From Candidatus Thalassarchaeum betae (GTDB lineage Archaea; Thermoplasmatota; Poseidoniia; Poseidoniales; Thalassarchaeaceae): a stretch of DNA of 64,000 bases. Under the pieces are notes generated by a model that saw only the letters and a program-made list of their open reading frames with translations, searched no databases and was not told the origin of the DNA. Numbering within the stretch: the first letter of the stretch is position 1; each line of letters starts with the position of its first letter. The stretch spans positions 96,001-160,000 of the forward strand of contig PSPG01000004.1 in the NCBI GenBank assembly GCA_003193925.1, in the 5' to 3' direction. Positions 58,700-64,000 of this stretch are shown in pieces. Position numbers and translations under genes: made by a program.

Positions 58700-59287
58700 T
58701 CAAGCGGTCTCGACTATCAGCCTGTAAGCGGTACTCGAACCGGCCGAGCGGCTGTGACGGACGATACGTACGATTCTGTTTGCAAGCCAGCCTGCTGGAA
58801 GTTCGTCATCCTCGATCTCCACCGCCTCCTTGATAGCCTGGACTGCTGGGTCGGTGATCAGAATCTTCGGCAGAAGCTCCTTGGCAAGACGCGTACCTCC
58901 GTCGGATTGCTCCTCCAGCAGACGCCAGGGGGCCAAGGCCTGCTCCTCCTCCTCGACCGGGAGCAACTCATGATGCGGGACGAGAATGTGATTCAGGACG
59001 TTGAAGCGGTCATCCCCGGTCGGGATGTCCATGTCCAAGAGGGCTTTGCGGGAGATGGTGATCCTACCAGAGCGGCTCCTCTTGCGCGAAGCCATCTGCT
59101 CCCTGATGACGGCCATCACGTTCTCGAGATCGGCATCGCCAGTCTCGAGTTCAAGCTTCTTGGCGACCTGGTCGACCGTCATCCGCTTGATGGCGTCCAT
59201 GTTGGCATCGTCGGCCAATCTGTGGGCGTGCTTCTCGGAGATTCCGAGTTCCATCAGACGCTTTTTTGTGGAACTCTTCACTGCCAT
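58700..59287 (-). CDS. rpoH: RNA polymerase subunit H (Rpo5) with N-terminal extension
   Basis: C-terminal 'HILVPHHELL', 'LPKILITDP', 'IVR.S.SAG...YRLI'; first gene of the rpo operon. Confidence 0.93.
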   Translation of the reverse strand: MAVKSSTKKRLMELGISEKHAHRLADDANMDAIKRMTVDQVAKKLELETGDADLENVMAVIREQMASRKRSRSGRITISRKALLDMDIPTGDDRFNVLNHILVPHHELLPVEEEEQALAPWRLLEEQSDGGTRLAKELLPKILITDPAVQAIKEAVEIEDDELPAGWLANRIVRIVRHSRSAGSSTAYRLIVETA

Positions 59288-59335
59288 ATTGCGCCCCCTA
59301 CCCAACCAAAACCGTGGGCCTGAGGCGCTGTCAGG

Positions 59336-59409
59336 CGGGCCTGATGGGATTCGAACCCACGGCCACCGGGTTAAAAGCCCGGCGCTCTACCTGACTAAGC
59401 TACAGGCCC
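59336..59409 (-). tRNA. tRNA-Lys(TTT)
   Basis: GGGCCTG/CAGGCCC acceptor stem, anticodon loop CT-TTT-AA, T-loop TTCGAAT. Confidence 0.95.
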
Positions 59410-59582
59410 ATAGCACGTGCTGGGCTGTTGGCGGACCGGGGGTGTGTTGAAAAACGTTTCGGTTAAGTCAACGCCGCGGCTACGCTGGGCCTCTATCCCC
59501 CCAGGGGGCCGGGGAGACAAGCCACTCACCCCGGGTGTTCACGAATAAAGGTTTTCAGAATCCCGATGGAGTGTGATGACAG

Positions 59583-60965
59583 ATGACGCGAGGAAGGGGT
59601 GAGCGTTTGGAAAGGGTCGGCTCCGATTCGGACGTCACCAGGTTCGGGGTCGAGGGTGTTGGCTCATGGGAGTTGGACGTTCCCAACACTGTCTACCCTC
59701 CTCGTGAGGACACCCATCTTCTCGCTGGAGCTCTGCTCGAGCTCTCACGACACGATGGCCTGGCCACGGAGATCGGCTGTGGGTCTGGTGCCATCTCCAT
59801 CCTACTAGCCGCACTGGGGTGGAAGGTCGAGTCCTGTGACATCAACCCTTTTGCAGTAGCCGCGACCAGGGGTAATGCCAGCAAGGCTGGATTGGCCGAT
59901 GTCGTGAACGTCAGAGAAGGCGGACTGGGGGAGGATGACTGGTCAATTCCAGAAGCCTCTGACCTGATAGTCTGGAACCTGCCTTACTTGAGCCCGCCCG
60001 GGGAGGGTGAAGCAGTGCTCGAAGCCATCGAGGAGGCATCAATGAGCGACCTCACTGATGGCGGTTGGTCAGATCGGCTGCTGGAGGAACTGGAGTCTTC
60101 CGATGGGTTGAGAGATGACTGCCTGGTGTTGATGCTCCACAGAACCGATCCGCGCAGCCCGAGCGGCCCTGAAAGATGGAAGTCCAGGGGTTGGTCCTCG
60201 AGATGCCTCGCGAGTTTGAGGCTCGCGGACGAGAGGCTCGAAGTTATCTGCTACTGGAGGCCTGGTTCTGGGAATCCACCTACCGTGCTCGAAGAGTGCG
60301 AGTCGACCATGGACGAGGCCGAGGGGATCTCCTCGGAGCCAGGTTGGCAGAGGGTGTTTTCGTCCTCTCAGAAATCGGGCAGGGGGAGGAGGGGCAGGTC
60401 ATGGCAATCCGAGAGTGGCGATATGGCGTGCACTTGGCTAATCCCATCCAGCATGGTCGAAGAATGCTCACCAGGGCTCATCCAGACTGCAATCGGGGCC
60501 GTTGTGTCCGATGCCATCCGATGCAATGTGAAGTGGCCCAATGACATCGTGACCGAGGATGGTACGAAACTCGGGGGCGTTCTGCTGGAAGGAGGCTCCG
60601 GGGGCCCCCGAGTCAAGGTCGGAATCGGCCTGAACAGGAAGGGCGGCTCAGTGGACGGCATGGCCATCGCCGGTTGGGAGGACACCGTCGGGGCTTCGCG
60701 GGCCTTGGAGGTCTTCGGGATGGTGGATACCGCTCTGGCCTCGCTCTTCGAGGAGCACGTCCTCATCCCTCGCGTCAGCCGCGAGGAGTTACTGCGAATC
60801 TCGTGGCGTGGGCTGTCGGAGTCGCTGTCCACTGGGACTCCGGTCACAAGGTCGGGCTCGTCAGTCCGGCCCATCGGCCTCACTGAGGACGGAAACCTGA
60901 TGCTCCATTCCGAAATCGGGTTGGAGACGGTAGACGGAGTGGGGTCGCTGAGATGGGGGGCCTAG
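59583..60965 (+). CDS. Fusion: HemK2/Mtq2-like methyltransferase + biotin-protein ligase (BirA catalytic domain)
   Basis: 'YPPREDT', 'EIGCGSG', 'NLPY'; then 'STM', 'QKSGRGRRGRSW', 'KWPND', 'KLGGVL'. Confidence 0.88.
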   Translation: MTRGRGERLERVGSDSDVTRFGVEGVGSWELDVPNTVYPPREDTHLLAGALLELSRHDGLATEIGCGSGAISILLAALGWKVESCDINPFAVAATRGNASKAGLADVVNVREGGLGEDDWSIPEASDLIVWNLPYLSPPGEGEAVLEAIEEASMSDLTDGGWSDRLLEELESSDGLRDDCLVLMLHRTDPRSPSGPERWKSRGWSSRCLASLRLADERLEVICYWRPGSGNPPTVLEECESTMDEAEGISSEPGWQRVFSSSQKSGRGRRGRSWQSESGDMACTWLIPSSMVEECSPGLIQTAIGAVVSDAIRCNVKWPNDIVTEDGTKLGGVLLEGGSGGPRVKVGIGLNRKGGSVDGMAIAGWEDTVGASRALEVFGMVDTALASLFEEHVLIPRVSREELLRISWRGLSESLSTGTPVTRSGSSVRPIGLTEDGNLMLHSEIGLETVDGVGSLRWGA

Positions 60966-61280
60966 TCACCTTGGGCGCGAGGGACGTGAGATCCCGAGGC
61001 GCTCGCGGACGAGTCTGATTTTCCCCGAAGTTGTGACAGTCTCGCAGAACTCTTGCGAATTGAGCCTGCTGATGGCCTCCTCGCAATCTGCCAAACCGAT
61101 TCTGACGATTGCCCTGATTGGGTCGGCGGTCCCGGGAACGTGGTCATACAGCTTCCAGTCGAGGTTTCCCAGTAACTCGCCCAGGATAGTCTCGCAATCA
61201 CTGCGTGACGCAGTCCCTGAGACGAGCGAAATCCCCACCCAACGGCGCTTGCCTCTAGCCGCCTTGTTCAGTCTCGGCAC
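60966..61280 (-). CDS. RNase P protein component Pop5/Rpp14 (Rnp2)
   Basis: 'RGKRRW', 'AIVRI', C-terminal 'TSGKIR'. Confidence 0.75.
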   Translation of the reverse strand: MPRLNKAARGKRRWVGISLVSGTASRSDCETILGELLGNLDWKLYDHVPGTADPIRAIVRIGLADCEEAISRLNSQEFCETVTTSGKIRLVRERLGISRPSRPR

Positions 61281-61318
61281 GCCCTCAGGAGGGGGTTTCC
61301 CTTAATCGAGTTGGCTTG

Positions 61319-62224
61319 TCACAATCCACTGACCACGGCTACCAGCCTGATTCTGCCCACCATCTCGTCACTCGCCCTTGCACCTAGAATCACCTGGCAG
61401 TCGGGGTCGAGAGTCGAGACGAAGGCTTCGGTCACGTCATTCAGATGCGCCAGCGTCATGTCAGGCCCGCCTTCGACTTGAATCATGCAGCCCTTGGCGC
61501 CATCCACACTGAGATCCGACAGGGGCGATCTCCTCGCCTTGCTGACCACCTGCTCGGGCTTCTCCGTAGTCCCAGTCCCGACAATCAGTGTGGCGTTGCC
61601 GGGCCTGTTGATGACCGCCCTCAAATCCATCAGGTCGAGGTTAATCTTGCCTACCCTAGCAAGGGTCGTCACCAAGCCCTCGACGAGTTCCTCTATCCAA
61701 CCGGAGCCGGCCCTCCAGTCAGTCTCCCTGTAGCGGGCCTGCCAAGCCAGCCTCTCCATGCTCACCCTGATGCACACGTGGGAGTTATACTCGAGAGCCG
61801 GCAGGGCGGCTTCTGCGATCGAGGACCTCAGGGGCTGCTCTGCGAAGGGCAGCCCGGCGATGCTGAGGACCAGACAGTCAGCCTCCTTTGCCAGAGTGGC
61901 GAGCTCGGATGATGCGCCCGAGCCCATTCCGCCGCCCAGCCCGGTCATGATGATGACGAGTTCGGCCTGCTCTAGAAGCGGGCTGATCGAGTTGAAACCG
62001 TCCCTCAGGCGATGAGCAGCCAGTGCGGGCAGAGCGGCGGTGCCCCTGCCGTCACCGCCCGCGTCGAGATGGAGGCAATGGGCTGCGGGGACTCCGGCGA
62101 ACGAATCCTCATCGGCGTCGATGAGAAGCAGGTCTGCGAGCTCTCGGCACTTTGAATGGGCCCTCTCTGCCCAAGTGCAACCGACGCCGCCGACACCTAC
62201 TATCAGTATGGACCCCTCGTCCAT
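61319..62224 (-). CDS. Divergent FtsZ/tubulin-family GTPase (core only)
   Basis: 'VGVGGVG', 'GLGGGMGSG', 'PFAE', T7-like 'INLDLMD', 'GGPDMTL', 'ILGA'. Confidence 0.88.
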   Translation of the reverse strand: MDEGSILIVGVGGVGCTWAERAHSKCRELADLLLIDADEDSFAGVPAAHCLHLDAGGDGRGTAALPALAAHRLRDGFNSISPLLEQAELVIIMTGLGGGMGSGASSELATLAKEADCLVLSIAGLPFAEQPLRSSIAEAALPALEYNSHVCIRVSMERLAWQARYRETDWRAGSGWIEELVEGLVTTLARVGKINLDLMDLRAVINRPGNATLIVGTGTTEKPEQVVSKARRSPLSDLSVDGAKGCMIQVEGGPDMTLAHLNDVTEAFVSTLDPDCQVILGARASDEMVGRIRLVAVVSGL

Positions 62225-62262
62225 GGGGCACCTCTCGCAGCGGTGGCCGTTTAGAATGTGCT

Positions 62263-62568
62263 TCAGTCATAAGTGAGATATCGCTGATATCGGCGCCTCT
62301 CGTCACGAGCCCAGGCGTTGTCGGGCTCGATCTCCAACACCCGGTCGTAGTACTCGACCGCCTTCTCGAAATCGGAGAGGTAGCGACCGTACATGTGTCC
62401 CAGATTGTTCAGCACCGGAACGCAATCAGCGTCCTCCTCCAGCATTGACATCAGTATCGATTCTGCCCTGTTTATGTCTATCATCTCCATGCACTGCTCG
62501 GCCTGTTCGAGCTGTCCCAGTTGCTCGTCCGAGAGCCGGTATACATTGCGCCATTCAGGACCTGCCAC
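62263..62568 (-). CDS. Small tetratricopeptide repeat protein
   Basis: 'VLNNLGHMY...FEKAVEYYDRVLEIEPDN'. Confidence 0.88.
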   Translation of the reverse strand: MAGPEWRNVYRLSDEQLGQLEQAEQCMEMIDINRAESILMSMLEEDADCVPVLNNLGHMYGRYLSDFEKAVEYYDRVLEIEPDNAWARDERRRYQRYLTYD

Positions 62569-62610
62569 GATTATGCCTGAGCCCGGTCCCGTTTGAGGTT
62601 TCGCAAAATA

Positions 62611-62628
62611 CTAATGATTACTCATTAG
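62611..62628. promoter_or_regulatory. AT-rich palindromic operator candidate
   Basis: CTAATGA-TTAC-TCATTAG between divergent genes. Confidence 0.5.
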
Positions 62629-62718
62629 GGGGGTCGTTCCGAGACCCCACGAAGGGGCCAAACTGGAACGTTAATATCCCTATTCAAAGTGGGTAGACGC
62701 GTCCCTTGAGGTCTTAGT

Positions 62719-63534
62719 GTGAGCAGGTCAAGTGCATACTCGAACAGACTGCTCGTGTTGGGCGTAATCGTCCTGCTAGCAGCAGGTGGCACGCAGGGTA
62801 GGCCCGGCGGCGTAGGAGGTGATGCCAATGGCGATGGAGAAGTTCCTCTGGCAGGGTGCACCTGCCACAGTGGACAGCCCGACAATTCGGTCACGCTACT
62901 CATCGATGGGCTTCCCTACCACTACGAGGCGGGGGTTGTATACACACTGAGGGTCCAACTCATCGGAGGCCCCGATATCGATACGGCCTCTCATACCGGT
63001 GGGTTCTCGATGCGCGTCAGCGCCGGCACGCTGGGCGCCGGGGATGGCTTTGAGAACATGGTCCAGAATTGGGAGGACGACTCGGCGACTCTGACTCACA
63101 CCGATGCTGGCTCGAAGACCGAAGACAGGTCGTGGCTCATCGTCTGGACCGCCCCATCCACGGACGAGGAGGTGGTGACCTTCTGGCTTGCTGGGAACTC
63201 CGTCAACGGTGACTTGGCGAACTCAGGCCTCGACAGGTGGAACAGGCTCGCCGCATCGGTTGACGGGGGTGAGGACGACGGTCGGACCAGGACGGTGTTC
63301 TCGGGAGACGGGGGCATCGAGCCTCCAGCCCCCGTCAGCCATGGAGTAGACATCCACCTCATGGGAGCAGGGCTCTGGGCCCATTGGCTGGGACTGCTTG
63401 GTTTCGCTGCAGTAATAATCGTCCTGCTGTTCTGCGGTCTCTTCCTGCGCTACGGCTTCTCTCGGCACTACGCCGGACGCAGCAACCTGCTGCGCCTCCG
63501 CATCAAGCATCTCCGCAGAGGTGATCAACTGTGA
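62719..63534 (+). CDS. Reeler/choice-of-anchor V-like secreted protein with CxCH motif, C-terminal TM
   Basis: Signal peptide, 'GCTCH', 'WTAP....VTFWLAGNSVNG'; paralogue of 18270-19325. Confidence 0.78.
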   Translation: MSRSSAYSNRLLVLGVIVLLAAGGTQGRPGGVGGDANGDGEVPLAGCTCHSGQPDNSVTLLIDGLPYHYEAGVVYTLRVQLIGGPDIDTASHTGGFSMRVSAGTLGAGDGFENMVQNWEDDSATLTHTDAGSKTEDRSWLIVWTAPSTDEEVVTFWLAGNSVNGDLANSGLDRWNRLAASVDGGEDDGRTRTVFSGDGGIEPPAPVSHGVDIHLMGAGLWAHWLGLLGFAAVIIVLLFCGLFLRYGFSRHYAGRSNLLRLRIKHLRRGDQL

Positions 63535-63980
63535 AGGACGACATCGTGATGAGGCTGCTCAAGCAGGTAAAGTCTGGTGAGGTCAGCCTGGACGACGCTC
63601 GCACTGCCCTCGAGGACGTCAGCCTCTCAGAGGACGCATACAACGTGGCCTTGGACCACGGGGTCTTCAACTACCCCCAGTCGGGTACGATCGTCCGCGC
63701 TACTATTTCCCCCTCCGGCGAGTCGATGCTGGTGGTGCTACTCGCCTTGTGGGGGGTCCTGTGGACCCTCTTCTGGGCTGGCGCACTGTCTTATGGGCTG
63801 TTCAAGGGATGGGACCAGCAACTCCTGTCATTCAACATGGGGATGACCCTGCTGACTATCATCATCATGGGAATAGTCTACCTCAAGTTCGTCTTGCCCG
63901 ATGTCGTGATCGTCAAGCACAGGGGCAACAAATACATCACTCTGAACGACCCTGAGGGATGGAAGGATTACGAGGTGTGA
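63531..63980 (+). CDS. Two-TM hypothetical membrane protein with short helical N-terminal module
   Basis: GTGA overlap with upstream gene; 'LLKQVKSGEVSLDDA' then two TMs. Confidence 0.72.
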   Translation: MKDDIVMRLLKQVKSGEVSLDDARTALEDVSLSEDAYNVALDHGVFNYPQSGTIVRATISPSGESMLVVLLALWGVLWTLFWAGALSYGLFKGWDQQLLSFNMGMTLLTIIIMGIVYLKFVLPDVVIVKHRGNKYITLNDPEGWKDYEV

Positions 63981-64000
63981 ACATGGCGAGGAGATTCAGA

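Noticed and set aside
59316-59344. GGGCCTGA repeated beside the tRNA-Lys 3' end as an att site
   Set aside because: Only 8 bp, about 20 nt apart, with no integrase or cargo
17910-59450. Long antisense or alternate-frame ORFs (e.g. 17910-18623, 21408-22121, 28087-28791, 42978-43805, 55226-55864, 58640-59323)
   Set aside because: Shadow ORFs expected from GC-rich codon usage, lying opposite well-supported genes
63983-64000. Start of a further gene (ATG 63983 after GAGGTG)
   Set aside because: Only six codons are visible, so it cannot be characterised

Overview
Gene-dense, GC-rich core-genome window from an archaeon. Archaeal information genes (rpoH-rpoB-rpoA1-rpoA2-rpl30e, rps3ae, psmB, aCPSF1/FttA, EndA, Pop5, SRP RNA, tRNA-Pro and tRNA-Lys) sit beside bacterial-type metabolic genes (thyA-folA, pntA1/A2/B, class 2 pyrD, PlsC, MqnC) and secreted M6/PKD/Reeler-like proteins. 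This mix points to Thermoplasmatota, most likely Marine Group II (Ca. Poseidoniales); that assignment is an inference. About 65 CDS can be supported. No CRISPR array, transposase or integrase was seen. One short AT-richer islet (~34.9-36.9 kb) contains an unannotated 53-aa Zn-finger microprotein. Main observations: (1) an apparently remodelled transcription apparatus: RpoH and RpoA2 carry the same extra N-terminal helical domain, RpoA1 and RpoB carry large insertions, nusA is absent from its usual position, and a non-canonical TATA-position element TT[C/G]A[A/T] lies exactly 24 nt upstream of at least ten start sites; (2) four divergent COG1340-like coiled-coil paralogues around a divergent operon pair; (3) unusual fusions (TatC + HdrA-like Cys domain, HemK + BirA, eS1 + SAP); (4) a tail-less divergent FtsZ; (5) a CTG-initiated pntA2; (6) two paralogous CxCH-motif secreted proteins in the same window as a Cys-type CcmE. 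All family assignments come from motif recognition by eye, not database searches, and several start codons were re-chosen by hand.
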